A stretch of 64,000 nt of DNA from NCBI RefSeq assembly GCF_947568905.1, contig NC_079168.1:38688001-38752000 (forward strand), in the 5' to 3' direction. How positions within the stretch are numbered: the first letter of the stretch is position 1; each line of letters starts with the position of its first letter. A program made the position numbers and the translations under genes. This stretch comes from Ostrea edulis. Lineage: Eukaryota. The notes beneath the pieces are model-generated. The model saw only the letters and a list, made by a program, of their open reading frames with translations. It searched no databases and was not told the DNA's origin. Shown in pieces: positions 26,191 to 40,221 of the stretch.

Positions 26191-28282
26191 ATATTTTTAT
26201 TAGTTTGAATATTTAAGTACTTCTCCCTAAAACGGAAGCCCGCCAAAGCAAATCTTACCATGATGGCTGGGGTGTTGCTAAAACGCGGAATGGAAAATGG
26301 AACGGAGGACGGAACAGAAAATGGAAAATATATTATGCAATAATGTCATGAGGAGGTCAATATTTTGCAAAATCAAAGGCTTATATTGAACAAGGAATGC
26401 AGAAATTACAGAGAGAACAGGAAGTCATCCTCAGAATCCACCATTTCATATTGATACCTCATACTAATGCATTATTACGTATTTTTACACGGTGTGTTTT
26501 GTGGATGAATGTACCAACAGGCGCTTACTTAATATTTTGCATAGTAAGTTTTAATAAAAATATTAAGCAAGCGCCTATTGGCACCATCTTTTCCCCCAGC
26601 TTTGTCCCCCCCCCCCCCCCCCCCCCCCCCCCCGATTTTCACAGTATGTTGTTTCACAAATGAAGAAAAAATAAATAAGGTAACATACTGAAAAAGACTT
26701 GAATTATAATTTATTACTTTATTCTGGCTGGTATGGTAAGAAAAGATTTTATGAGCCCATCCAATGAATAAAAGGTACCCCTCCCCTGAAAACAACATTG
26801 TAAAAGATAAAATAATTCTTTGAACAATTTTCCCCAAACATAGCCTTTTTAAATCGAACGTGCTTTTAATCGAACTACATATGTTTAAGATAACTAAATT
26901 TGAATTTGAATTTAGTTCTACACCTGGTACAATATACATTTATGTATCACATCAAATTTTAAAGCGAACGAGTCCAGTGAAGAAAAAAGTTTTGCCTCAT
27001 TTGGGATGAATCTATGTGAAAGTTCGTACATTTACCGATATCCTGCGGATTAGTGTTGAAACTGAAGAGATACAGCGGGAAAGAAAGATTGAAACAAAAC
27101 CAATGTTAATTAATGCTTATGTTTACTCTTGAATTTTTCTGTATCCTGACATGCTCCATTTTCTCATAACATTCTCAGCGCAAAGATTACCACCAACATC
27201 ATTTTTACAATGAAAATACATGTATAATAAATACTTATCTCTATTCTTTGATACAAGGTTCTTATTGTTCACGTTTGTTGTATTGAATTTGATTTACTGA
27301 ATTTGTCCCATTGTTGGGGAATTTTCTGATTTCTGTCTTTAATCTAGCACAAAAGTAAAAAATCTCATTAAATATGAACGGAGTTTAAATTCTCTTGATG
27401 AAAAATGTTGATACATATATATTTAGATATACTATATTTAAAAGCTGTATAAACGTTACTAGATTACCTTCAGGACCATATATTGTAAGAGGGGTGTATG
27501 GAGAGGATCTTTATATATAACCTACTTTCCAATCCTTTTTCTATAATGAATAAAATATTTATAAACTAAACAGGAGTGTTTGTCATTCAATATATCTGTA
27601 GATCGCGCGCAGATAATGATTTCTCAACATAGACGTTTGGTTCAATACTCCTGCGACTTCAAGAGAATAAAAAAAATGTGTTGACAGATATTTCATTTCA
27701 GGTATCCCCCCCGCATTTCAACCAATCAAATTATACAAAATTTAATTCACAGTAAGAGCGTTTTGTTGCTGTTGTCGTTTTATAAAAATAAAATAGACTC
27801 CTTCACGCAGAAATACTTAGTTATAAACTGTATCACATAGGAAAAAAAACTAAATGTGCCTGTTAATTAATAGTTATACAAGTGGTAATTGTATCATCAA
27901 AATTATATCAATCAAAAAGTTCATGCCACGTTGACAATCTTTTTTGATTGATCACATTGTTTTGGGATTTAACGCCGTTTTCAGCAATATTTCAGCCATT
28001 TTTACAGCCGTTAACGATCGGTTTTGCTGACGGCTTTTTTGTAAAATACGCACACATACACATGTATTCGTTCTTATCTATTTCTAACAATTAAGTATAT
28101 ATTGATGTCGTTGAACCGTGTCACGTTCTGCTCGGAACAATGATATATGTTACATATACTTGATTAACAAAAGTAGGATCTATAGAAAATCTCCTGTCCC
28201 TTATAATATCCATTTTTCACATATTTCCAAATACAATTAACTACTGAACAATTAAACAAATGATAGTGATAATATCAGGGAC

Positions 28283-28640
28283 TCGTAACATAAAGGTTAC
28301 TATGTTTACAACCTAGTGTTCGTACTTTATAGTGTAACAAATATTACAGAGTTTACAGCCTGTAATGTTCGTACGCTATAATGTAACATAAATATTGCAA
28401 AGTTTACGACCTGTAATGTTTGTACGCTATAATGTAACATAAAGGTTACTAAGTTTACGACCTGTAATGTTTGTACGCTATAATGTAACATAAAGGTTAC
28501 AGAGTTTACAGCCTGTAATGTCCGTACTCTATAATGTAACATAAAGGTTACTAAGTTTACGACCTGTAATGTTCGTACTGTATAATGTAACATAAAGGTT
28601 ACAGAGTTTACGACCTGTAATGTTCGTACTCTATAATGTA
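28283..28640. repeat. 51-bp minisatellite, ~7 units
   Basis: atgtaacat at 28381 and 28432; this explains the repetitive ORF 28327-28593. Confidence 0.92.
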
Positions 28641-30157
28641 AAGAGAGGTAACTTTCTGTGTGCTAATTCATATTGAGTTACTACCCTTTAATGTTAACCT
28701 ATTTCTAAACAAGTTGTCTGCATAATATTGAGAAACACAAGTTCTCACATCAATTCATGAAGGGAAATGGATACAGTTGATGACATTTTCTTACACAAAT
28801 TAAATCTAAAGAGGTTAGTTACGGTGAGGATATAGATATGTTCTCAATGATATCATTTTGGGATTTATAATCTGAGAGAAATTAAAGTGCATCATGTTCA
28901 GCAAACTTTGACCTGATAGCGAAATAACTGACGAAAAATTTGGAAATGGATTCAAATGGAGTTTTGAATGAATTCCAATACTAGTACCTTTTCGAAATAT
29001 TTTTATGACGTGAGAACTTGTGCGAGAGCCTTTCTATAGACAGCATTACCGTTGAATATATGAATGATTCCATACAACAGACCATATCTGTCACCCAACT
29101 GTTCAAAGTGCTCTCATTGTATTTCAGCAAGTGAATAGTTGAATTATTTCTTTCAGCAGGGGCTAAATAAAGGGAATTTTAAAAGTAAGATAAATAACTT
29201 GAATAACCTTCGGCCCTCGGTGGCGATGCTTTCTCTGAACTATTCAACATCTCGTTATTTATTGCTAGCGCCCTCGGGCAGTAGCATATACGTTAGAGTT
29301 TTTGCAGTTAATGCGCATGCTTTGGCGCCATAGCGTGGCATTCTGGGATTTATATGGAACAGTGGTCTCGAATTTTATTTTACAGCTAAATCCCTGATGA
29401 TGAAAACTGTTTACACAAGTAATAAAAAATGTGTTAAAACAATTTACAGGTCGCTATCTGATTTTTATTTTGCGAGCTAATTATATAGTACATGGGTTCG
29501 ACCAATCTCTACATACACCTCTGTAAACGTCTCCAAGGTTTTACAAGATTCTTGTAAAATGGCACGTATGCTCAAATGAAGTATGGTTTCGACTTCAGTT
29601 ACAAAAATATAAGTAAATAAATAAATACAGAGCAGATGTAAAGTCTTTTTGTGACACAAGAAGCATTAATTTGGGTTGAAACGCGGATATTGGGTTATTC
29701 TATTGCTCCAAGCCTATACATAGACCTTTACATGAATAATGCATAGTAATGGGGGGGGGGGGGGGGGGGACTACAAATAGTTGCTTGTCCTACATGTTCC
29801 CGATATTTTATAAAGTAGTTCTTAGTTTTATTAGCTGTAGAAAAGTGGATTTACATGTGGAATAACATTGCTTATTTTGAGACGTTGACAGAAGTATATG
29901 CGAGTGGCTTTCGACAAATTGATATTGAAACATGTATTCTGGTTCCCGCCCCCGCAATTTTTGTGGTCCCCAAAACGAGTGATCAATGAGTGGCGTGGGA
30001 CGGGGACCAGATTAAGCTACAAGTAGCCTAAAATATATTTATTCATTTTACATGATGAAATCATTGATAACACTTATACACTAATACCACCCTGGACATT
30101 CGGATATTATGAACCGGATCGGACACTAAGAACCAGGTCAAATATTTAAAAGGGGTC

Positions 30158-31040
30158 CTAAACAGAGTACGCTAGAGTACTTTAGAGTACGCTGGTAAAA
30201 TTTCATAATTTAATGCAATTTAATTGTTTATTTGTATGTATACCACTTAAATATACATGATTATAAAATAATATATTGCAAAATTTATCAAAAGTATTTG
30301 TTTTCTAGCGATATTTTGACCAGAAAACAACATTCAATTTATTGAAGATTTATGGCATCACGATCCCAATTATTACTATTTTGTTTGGAGAAAGAATTGA
30401 GCGATGTGACATATTACATCAGTAATTGATTTTACGTATGATTGATAGTTATTCGGAGTTCATAATCATTGATTTTCTTGTGGGTGCCCCCCCCCCCCCC
30501 CCCCCCCCGGTTGTTTTGGGGGTTTCTATGCCTTGCCTTTTTAATTCATCAATTCATTTTATATCTTGTTTCTTTGTCCACTGGCCAATTATTGATTCAA
30601 ATCAATTGAATAATTGCTGGCCTTTAAAAAAAAACCACATCCAGTGGTGTTGATTTAAAACAACAGCAACAGTCATCAAAGAACTCATCTTCATAGATGT
30701 AATCATTTAATTTTTATGTAAATCTAAATACCACTGACTGAATTCATTGTTCAGTTGACTAAAAAGACTTTTAAAATACTTTGAAAATAAGATAAAGGCA
30801 TAATCTTGGAAAATTAAATGTAATGCGCTGGTACTTAGTGTAAATATGTAGTTAAATTTGATCGGGATCAAACGGTAAACTGTAATTTAAAATATTTTCT
30901 AAATTAATGAAAACAAACACAATATATTCCAGATATATATTTATAAGGTTAAAGTAAAGTAAGAACACCTACAAACAGCAGTTAAATGTCATTTTAAAAT
31001 TACGAAATTTTACAAGCGTACTCTAACGTACTCTGTTCAG
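30158..31040. mobile_element. ~880-bp MITE with TIR aacagagtacg(c/t)tagagtac
   Basis: The TIRs at 30161-30180 and about 31018-31037 are reverse complements with 1 mismatch. Confidence 0.65.
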
Positions 31041-32643
31041 TAGTACCGATTTAAAACTGGTAATGGGATATATACAAATATTCACTCTCAGTGATCGTTT
31101 CACTCAGATACTTGGCTTTGCTGGTCATATTCAAGACTTGGTTGATGAGTTTCTTTTTTCGTGAATGCAAATGACCTCGCATTTATCAGGGATAAATGTC
31201 ATTTACCAATTTCTATTCTTTGTATTACATTGAATTAGGCTAATATTATATAGGCCTACACTATCTCTCTATCATGTTTGTAATACAGATAAATGAAATT
31301 CCCAAACAGCCCTTGTAGAAAATAAAGATCTTCAAACATCTATAAATTCTAAGTGATTTGAATATACTATGATAGAAATTTTAAAATTAATTAAACATTT
31401 CTCATGACCTCTACTTCCATAGTAGATAATATAAATGGCGCTAGCACCCTAATCTTTTAAAAAAATATATATATAAGCTTCTCCATTATTTAAACTGCCA
31501 TGCTCTTCCTACAAACTTTCCCAACAATACTTCACCTGCTCATTATTCTATTCCCACTTTTAGATGACCTACATATCAAAAAATTTGACAATACTTTCTA
31601 CAAACTTAATTTCAAAGAATAATGAAAATGAACTTTTTAAAGTAAAATGAATACAATTCACCAAATGGAATGTAATTTGCTCCAATGATTTCAATATATT
31701 TCAACTTTTGAACATCATGGATATTTACAAGTCACTTATTTATTTTTTTGGAATTTTATATCAATTTTGTACTTAGTACAAGCAAACTAAGCCAATGTGT
31801 GTGTGTATGTGTGTGATTGTGTGAACCCATGCATCTTTTTCGCATTTGTATCAAGTGTCCTTAAAATAGGAAATAATTTTAACTAAGAAACAGAAATCTG
31901 AAATTTAGTACATGTTCCTTGTTTCAATATTTTGTGACATGAATTCTTGAGAACAGGCCCATGGGCCACAACACTCACCTTGCTCAGAAAGAAATAGGGC
32001 ACTGACAGTATATATCCTATTGTAAAACTGCCCTGACTTCAGGTCATGATGACATTTCAATATAAAGTAAACTAACTGTATCCTAAAAACCATAAAAGCT
32101 TATCAATTCCTTAGTCACACTACATTTTCAAGAATTCTTCACTATATATACCTGGCTTCAATCAGATCCAAGACTGGCAGTGAAAACAATCTTGTAAGCC
32201 CACCTATCACACTTAGGCTATTTATGTGAATATTTTCAAAATGGAAAACTAATAATTTTCTTTTAATATTTATTCTTACAAACTAAGGACAGTTAAATAC
32301 AAACACATGTTTGAAAAATGATAATGCTTAGAGAAAAAAAATGATAAACCATACACTCTGAAGTATGGGTGATGATGAAATGCTTTAGTAAGTGCATTTT
32401 CTCAAAAATAGAAATTACACATGAAGCAATCAGACAGAAACCAGATCCAATTACAATGAATATCCTCATATCTGTAGTCACACGGTATCTGTAGTCAAAT
32501 GACATCTCTAGTCACATGATATCTGTAGTCACATAATATCTATAGTCACATGGAATGACTCACAGCATGTTTCACTTGCAGGAGATATCCCACCATTTCA
32601 CAAGTCTGTCACACAATGGCATATTGATCACTGTAAACCAACT

Positions 32644-32649
32644 TTTATT
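32644..32649 (-). promoter_or_regulatory. Candidate polyadenylation signal AATAAA for CPSF2 (another at 32269-32274)
   Basis: tttatt on the + strand about 210 nt downstream of the stop. The region is AT-rich, so chance occurrence is possible. Confidence 0.4.
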
Positions 32650-32857
32650 TGTGTGTCAGAAAATTTCGCGACATTAGCAAGAACAAAGGCTCAATCACGA
32701 AAATTACTTGCCGTGAACCAGTTTACCACAGATGAATCACGAAATAAAGTAGCCACAAATAAAAATTGGTTTACAGTTTACAAAATGTGTCAGATTTTAA
32801 CAATTCATAAGTCTTTCACACAATGGCATATTGATTATACAGAATTTGCCAAGTCTG

Positions 32858-32950
32858 TCACACAATGGCGTATTGATTATACAGAATGTGTCGGATTTTA
32901 AAGAAGTCCTCACATATAGTTCCTTCCAGTTGTATCCTTCCAGCTTCATT
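32858..32950 (-). CDS. CPSF2: CPSF2 last coding exon [30 protein letters not shown]
   Basis: tttttag acceptor; 93 nt ending in TGA. Matches the CPSF100 C-terminus GRIxLEG...YxQYAIV. Confidence 0.96.
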   Translation of the reverse strand, partial: NEAGRIQLEGTICEDFFKIRHILYNQYAIV

Positions 32951-34332
32951 CTAAAAATTAAAAAAAAATAAAAAATTATGAATATTATGAACTTGGAAAA
33001 TTAATTCTTCTTTTGGCCCAATATTTTTTTCTGACCAGAAACTAGAAAACTGAAAATTCAGAAAGGTCTTGTGATAAATCTGAATATCAAAAGGGCTCTT
33101 TTTCTGCCTAATCCAAGTACTATGTATAAATAAATTTTTTAAAAATCTTCCTAAAGAAACTTAAGTTATTGTGTGCCGTAAAAAGTGCTGACAGACAAAG
33201 CGGTTACTATAGGGCACCTGCCATATAGTGGGGTGCTAAAACAACACTAAGGTACTTTGTGAACAAAACTATCATATTTTGCCGAATACAATAAACTCCT
33301 TTTTTTGAGGAATACATTGGTGTAAGGGGGTGCGTATATACCATAATAGGTTTTTGACACCCCCCCTTTCTTTTCAGGTGAAACTCGGACGTTAAGTAAT
33401 GTTTTACTCGGAGACATAGCCTTCATAGATACTGCACTTTTTCATATTATTCACCTATATTTTAAAAGTGAAAAATTGATCTCAAGGGGCAATATATCTC
33501 GAGAGCACTGTATAAATGTTCTCAATCTATCTATAAATGTTCGATATTTAAATATTGATTGAAGATAAACTAGAAAAGAAGCCCCTGTGCCATAAACGAC
33601 TGATGTATGTTACATTACCCATCTTCATGCAACAAAATTTAAAAAATGGTTGTGTTTGAATTTTTCATATCTCTACCGTATCCAAAGCATTGTTTTTACA
33701 AACAGAGCACCGAGTATTTAATACAGCACCCATTAATACCTTTGCTCATAATCATTTTTTTTAATTAAGAAAGGGGTCAATATATCACACCTTTGTATAT
33801 TGTGATGTGCTTATTACATCAAATTAAATGCTAGTTTAATATTTTGATTTCATTTTTATAACATCGACAATTTAATTGATTTTAAATATCGAGTCTATTA
33901 AACTCCAATGCTAGCTTTGCTGAAATTAACATAATGATTACCCTGGATATTTCCCCAAAAATATTCAAAGAAGTTTATCGCGATGTAGAAAGTAAAGATG
34001 ACCGCTATCTCAAAACTTTTGCTGTGTGGTTTGTAAATTCTTATTCTTTGTTTAGAATTCATTATTTTCGGGGGGAAATATTCAGTGAAAATTTCCCCAA
34101 AGTATAAAGTCAAGATTACTGCTTGGTCAAAATGTTTATTATCCACATGAAGGGCATTTTTTCCTCAATTTTCAGGTCCAAAATGGGTGTTTGTGTGTGT
34201 GTGACAGGTGGGGTGGGGGTGGGGGGTGGGTGCATAATAAACACAACTGCATATTATATTTGACAAATTACAGTAATTTTTCTACCTTTGACATCTTTGA
34301 AGGACACATGTAATATCATAAACCACACCTAC

Positions 34333-34538
34333 CCTTCTAACAGCCACGTTATTGTTACAGATCAGCACACCAGCAATGAACTCCGCCTGAATCCCTTCTT
34401 GAAGCAGCACAAGTTTGAAGTCCGAGAGCTTCGGTTCATTGATAAACACAGCTTTATGTCCAAGATGCTGATAGTGTGTAAGAGCCTCCACTGTTGGTAC
34501 AACCTCCATTGGGTCCTCGTCGCCGTCCAATGTGCCAT
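34333..34538 (-). CDS. CPSF2: CPSF2 exon (D)[68 protein letters not shown]
   Basis: gaccag acceptor and gtaggt donor; 206 nt. CPSF100 C-terminal domain motif GHxxVFxNEPxLSDFKxVLxxEGIQAEF. Confidence 0.97.
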
Positions 34539-34992
34539 CTGGTCGAGAAAGTATACAGTATTAGTACAGGTTGTACAGGGAAAATAGAGAGTGGCAAAAG
34601 AGGAACAACTCCCAGTGGAAGTGACCATGACATAAGATCCAGCATTAAAGAGTTGTCTCTCTTGTAATATGCAGTGAAAGTTACAATACTGTACAGTAAT
34701 TCGAACCTTCATCTCCTCATTTGACATCCATACATGCAATATGTACAGACTGTACACAAAATTCATGCTTTTTTAAAGTCATTGTACAGATATGCAGTTG
34801 AAAAATTATCACATGTATGTAGATTTCTATAAAACAAGTATACAACCAGTACCTGAATTCTTCTTCAAAATGCACTCACCCAAATATAGTTACACAAATA
34901 CGCAAATGTAAGAGATTTACAGAAACTAATTTTTATACTTGTTTTTACACTATGCATTTTTTGAGTGAAAAACTGAGAAGCCTGTCACAGAC

Positions 34993-35164
34993 CTAGTCGT
35001 TTCCGTGACTTTTCATCAGTGACCTCCCCTTCCTCTGTCTCGTACATGGCCCCAGTGTCCACTTTCCCATGACTCATGTCTAACTGACCGTCGATCCAGG
35101 CCAGCTCGGTCTCCTTGGCCTTGGCAAAATTCAGTGCAGACACCATATAGTCCCTGAGTCTGAC
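34993..35164 (-). CDS. CPSF2: CPSF2 exon [57 protein letters not shown](D)
   Basis: taatctag acceptor and gtctgt donor; 172 nt. Conserved VRLxD...KAKxxELAWIDGxLDM...KVDTG. Confidence 0.96.
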
Positions 35165-35555
35165 CTAGATTAAAGAAAATAGTCTGGTAGATAAAGTTTA
35201 TGACCTAGATTAAAGAAAATAGTCCGGTCGATAAGGCTCACAAGATATTACAGTCAAAACTTGTTACATGTATCTCAAACTTGATGCGACCGAGAAGATA
35301 CCTGAAGATTTGGGATATCAATGGTAAAATACTTAAAGAATAAGTGGTTGGGACTTCCAAATCACTTTGACATATTCATGGTATTTGATACCCTGGTGTT
35401 CGAGATAACTAAATTCAACTGTATATAAGTGGCATTTTGTTGCAGCGTTTTATACATGTATCTGTATCCAAGGAAAGCAGGGCATCAAGAAAACAAACAC
35501 GGTTTCACTGCCATTATCAATTGATTTAAGAATTTATGGGAAAATAATGTCTAAC

Positions 35556-35696
35556 CTGGAAGATGTGGCTTTCCCGCGTAACATCCACGACTTCACCTAT
35601 AGTTGGGAGGAAGATCTTGCCCTGAACCACCCCCTCATTTTTTCTGCAGTACTCTGACAGGGCTTCCGTGGCCTCCGTCATAGCTCGCACCAATAT
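35556..35696 (-). CDS. CPSF2: CPSF2 exon ILVRAMTEATEALSEYCRKNEGVVQGKIFLPTIGEVVDVTRESHIFQ
   Basis: tatacag acceptor and gttaga donor; 141 nt = 47 codons. Resembles IIVHG...ETVDATSETHIYQ. Confidence 0.93.
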
Positions 35697-36370
35697 CTGT
35701 ATACATATACAGAAAAACTAAATTATAGCTCGTACCAATATCTGTATACAAATACAGGAATACTCAACCATAGCTCGCACCAATATTTGAACACATACAC
35801 AGTAATACTCAATTACAGTCATAGCTTGCACCAATATCTGTATACATATACAGAAAAACTAAATTATAGCTCGTACCAATATTTGAATACATATACAGGA
35901 ATACTAAATCATAGCTCGCACCAATATTTGTATACAAATACAGGAATACTCAATCATAGTTCACACCAAGACCTGTATACAAATACAGGAATACTCAATC
36001 ATAGCTCGTACCAATATCTGAACACATACACAGTAATACTCAATTACAGTCATAGCTCACACCAATATCTGTATACATATACAGAAAAACTAAATTAGAG
36101 CTCGCACCAATATCTGTATACATATACAGAAAAACTAAATTATAGCTCGCACCAATATCTGTATACAAATACAGGAATACTCAATCATAGCTTGCACCAA
36201 TATCTGTATACAAATACAGGAATACTCAGTCATAGCTCACACCAATACCTGTATACAAATACAGGAATACTCAATCATAGCTCACACCAATACCTGTATA
36301 CAAATACAGGAATACTCAATCATAGCTCACACCAATACCTGTATACAAATACTGGAATACTCAATCACAG
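35691..36370. repeat. 45/51-bp minisatellite overlapping the CPSF2 3' splice site, 15 copies
   Basis: The caatatctg-type motif occurs at 35691, 35736, 35781, 35832, 35877, 35922, 35967, 36012, 36063, 36108, 36153, 36198, 36243, 36288 and 36333. Confidence 0.95.
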
Positions 36371-36419
36371 TCTCAATGCATTTTCAATGTGCACTATTAA
36401 ATCAAATCATTCAAATTGT

Positions 36420-37830
36420 AAGAGAAAGAATGTAACTTTTGAGACCCATAGGCCCTGTTAAAATATAAGTGCATGGTTTAATATGTATCTTTTTCACTCT
36501 GAAGCTAGATATCATCAGCTTTTTTTTGTGATCAGGAATAAAGATAATCACTTCTAATATTCTCCTTATTTCAAAATTATGAGCTTGACATATATCAACA
36601 ACTTTTTTATCATTGACCTTCAGCTCTGCCAAATGACCTTGGTTCTGAGTCATGACACACTGTCTTGTTAAAATGATGGCAAAAAGTGCTTTTTACAATC
36701 AACCATGACAAATGACCTATGTTTAGAGCTATGAAATATATTCTAGTCATAAATAGTTTCTGACACTTATCAAGAACAAAGTTGTAACTAAATATTTCAT
36801 TAAACTGCAATGACCTTAATCTTGGCCAAATGACCTTGGCATAATGTCGTGCCACATGGACATACACAATCTTTGTGCCAGGGATCAGCTTCCACTATTC
36901 CTACAGTTACAGTCCAGACATGAATTTAGAAGGATAAAAGATGATGAACAGACAGACAAGGTGATTCTTACACCAAAGCGGAGGTTTCAGTTGCTACAAC
37001 TAAGCTTCCTGTTGGTTCACTAGATGTTCAGGAGTATAGAAGATTTTTAAAGATGTCACTGGCTTTCACAGTACGAGCCAATATACTGAAGCTACATCTG
37101 GGGGCCAGACTAAACCCTGGACCCAAAAGTTATTAATTTTACAATTTTAGTAGGTGTCTCTATACTTGTTATAAACATTATTAACCTACTTATAATATTT
37201 AATATAAAACCACTTCAGAAGCTAGATGTTCACCGGTAAAGATTTCCAAAAGATGCAATGAAATGCTGCCCCGAGACCTGCACCTCTGGCCCAGGAGTAA
37301 TCAGTTTGACAAGCTTAACTATGGTCCCGTTTATGTGCCAGAAGTTGAGGAGTACAGGTTTTTAAATATACATTGCACTCTTAGTCTCTGATCTGCTTGC
37401 CCTAGGGCTCACATCCAAACCCAGGGACAATAAATTCAGTAATGACCACTCTGTTCATAATTTTGGTGGAGGCATCCTTGCTCATTAAAACTATGCACAC
37501 AGTTTGTGTGCTAAATTAGCATTAAAGAAGATGCTATTTTTAATATGTTTACACATAAGCACTATATACCAAGTTTGGCCCCACCCTGGAGTCAGAACTT
37601 CTACCCTGGGGATCATGAAATTTACAATTTTGGTATAGGCCTTCCTGCTTTACATCACTATGCATTTAGTTTTTCATGCAGATGTGTGGTTATAGAGAAG
37701 ACTTGTGAAAATGGCTCAATTTTTGGCAGTTTTTGCTCCGCATTTAATTTCTGGCATATTCATTGTGGTTTTTTGATCGTCGATAATACATGTATTGATA
37801 AAAAGTAATAATGAAGAATTGCAATTGCTC
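36420..37830. mobile_element. Degenerate Helentron-type repeats in CPSF2 intron
   Basis: atgaccttgg...cagacagacaaggtgattct and cccctgggatcatgaaatttacaattttgg motifs resembling other Helentron satellites. Confidence 0.45.
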
Positions 37831-38314
37831 ATCCTGATTATTCTGATCTAAACTGATCTACCGTGGACTGCCAAAAATCACATATGGGACACATAAATAA
37901 AATAAATGATCAAGAATTTTGTACAGTCATATCATTTTTCAGTAATTACACTTAATTAATTACAATCAGAAATATCAAATTCTCTATCTATTCCTCATAA
38001 CGACGCAATCACTTGAGGACCCCATTGTGTTGTGCACCTCCTGTATTCAGGGGGAAATAACTTGTGCTGCACTGTGAAAAATGTATCCCATTGTAATGGT
38101 AGTTATCAAGAAGAAGTGAAAAATGTTCAACTGTTTTTAAAAAACACAACGGATGGCACACACCAATTGCAATAGATCAACTGAGTGACTCAGGTGACCT
38201 AAAAATTCCACCAGTCATTCATTGAATTATACACAGAATACCTTTCATTCATACTCAATACAACACAGAATACCTTTCATTCATATTCAATACAACACAA
38301 TTTGGAATACCCAC

Positions 38315-38457
38315 CAATTGTCTTGGTTTAATCTGAGAGAGGATTTTCTTAATGGATTCGCCATCAGAACGTCCTTCAAAGTCAATGTACTGGATGTTCG
38401 CATTAATGTCCAGAGTCACCGTCGCTGCCACACACTTAGTGGGTACTTCTGACAAGT
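38315..38457 (-). CDS. CPSF2: CPSF2 exon (D)[47 protein letters not shown]
   Basis: ccctcag acceptor and gtgggt donor; 143 nt. Contains the conserved VPTKC and YIDxEGRSDGxSIKKI...KPRQL motifs. Confidence 0.97.
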
Positions 38458-40221
38458 CTGAGGGAATAAATAATCATGTAGCATTAACCAACTTCTGCTG
38501 TGTAAAAACATGGATTTCATTGTTTAAAAAACTGCCTCTGTCTATTTCTCTTACATAAGAGTACTTCTCACATCAATTCCTACAGACATTTTGTCAGCAC
38601 TTTCTATTCATACTTTAAAAGTTCATTGATACAATAATAAAAAAAAGGATGTCAAAGAAAGTGGGTCGTTGAGGGCGTGATGTTGCAGAAATTCAACATA
38701 GCAATATAACTAATTCCATTTTGTATATTGACATTTAGTTGCAAAATAAATTGAATTTCTTTCTACAAAAAGTCATAAAATCATAGATTCAAAACTTATT
38801 GTCTTGAAGTATTCAAGTTTACTAAGGTATGAAAAACAATGTATTAGAATCAATTATTTTAGTGACCTTGACCTGTGATCTTTTAATCTAAAAATAGAAA
38901 GGGATAGTTTCCTCTGTTGCTATCTTTGTTAAGAAGAATCAGACTCAAAAGTAAGAGTGATATGCTATGTGTATTTTACATGGTGACCACCAGTTTTTCG
39001 ACCTAAGAAATCCTTTGACTACAATCTCTATAGCAAGTATGAGACAGGAAACTCATGTCGTCATTTATATGTATATTTTTTAAAACTATATATTATTCAC
39101 AAAGTGAATGAGATCGTGCAGCAGACATAGCCTATATTAGCCCTCTCCCTAAATTTTTATTTTTATATGGTGTCCATGACATTTTTACGTTCAATCATTG
39201 ACTTTTGACCCATACACCAAGTCACCTTTCTTGTCCTACCTTCTCTCACTGTAAGAAATAAGTTCACCACTAGGGTACATGATACACCCATCTACCACTA
39301 CATACACATGATATATATCTATATGTTTGCATGCTTGAAGTCACAAGCTGTGAAGTCACAATGGTCTACTTTTGGGTCACAACACTTTCTCCCATCCCTC
39401 AATATGCATTAACTGACCACGATTGATGGTCCTAGACCTCACAAAGCTTAATATATGATCTGGATATGATTTGTATATGAAGTATAGTCATAAAATTTCA
39501 AAACAAGGCCACAGCGACATATCTTTGGTTCACAGCATACCTTCCATCCAAGATGCATTAACTGACCAAAGTGAATGGTCCTAGGCCTCACAATGTTTAA
39601 GATGTGAGCTGGACATGATTACATAGTCATAAAATTCCGGAAGGAGGCAAAAATGACCTGTTGTGGGGTTATGACTCGCCTTCCCCCCCAAGCTGCATCA
39701 TGTTGGATAGTCCTAGGCCCTAGGCCTCACAGTATGAAAAATATGACCCCCCCCCCCCCCCCCCCCCGGCGTATCAACAGTGTGCGAAATTAACTATGGA
39801 TCGATTGACAATGTCTATAGAAAATCTTGTTGGTCTATATCAATCAAATCGGCGATAGACCGACCTGTGTTTAGGAAATCTGACCAAGTTATATAAAGTC
39901 TATATTACGTAGATTTGTTTCTGCCTACCCCTTTTTATAATAAAATGTACCACAATCTAATAACGAATCATTTGAATCAGAGTATTCCATTTTTAACAAG
40001 GAGGAACGGAACAGAATCAACTTGATATGTTTTGCCTTCATCTTCGTCTGCCCTTGGTCAGTTTTGCCAAACCTCGTTGTTGTGGTTAGTATCATGTAAA
40101 ACAAAAAATCCAAGTTTCGTAATCAGTAGCGATCTTATTCAGTGGACAGTAATCAGTCTTTGTAATTGCTAAGGAACTGGGTGGCCATTTCTATACGGAC
40201 AAGTTTTTGCTCTCTGTAAAG

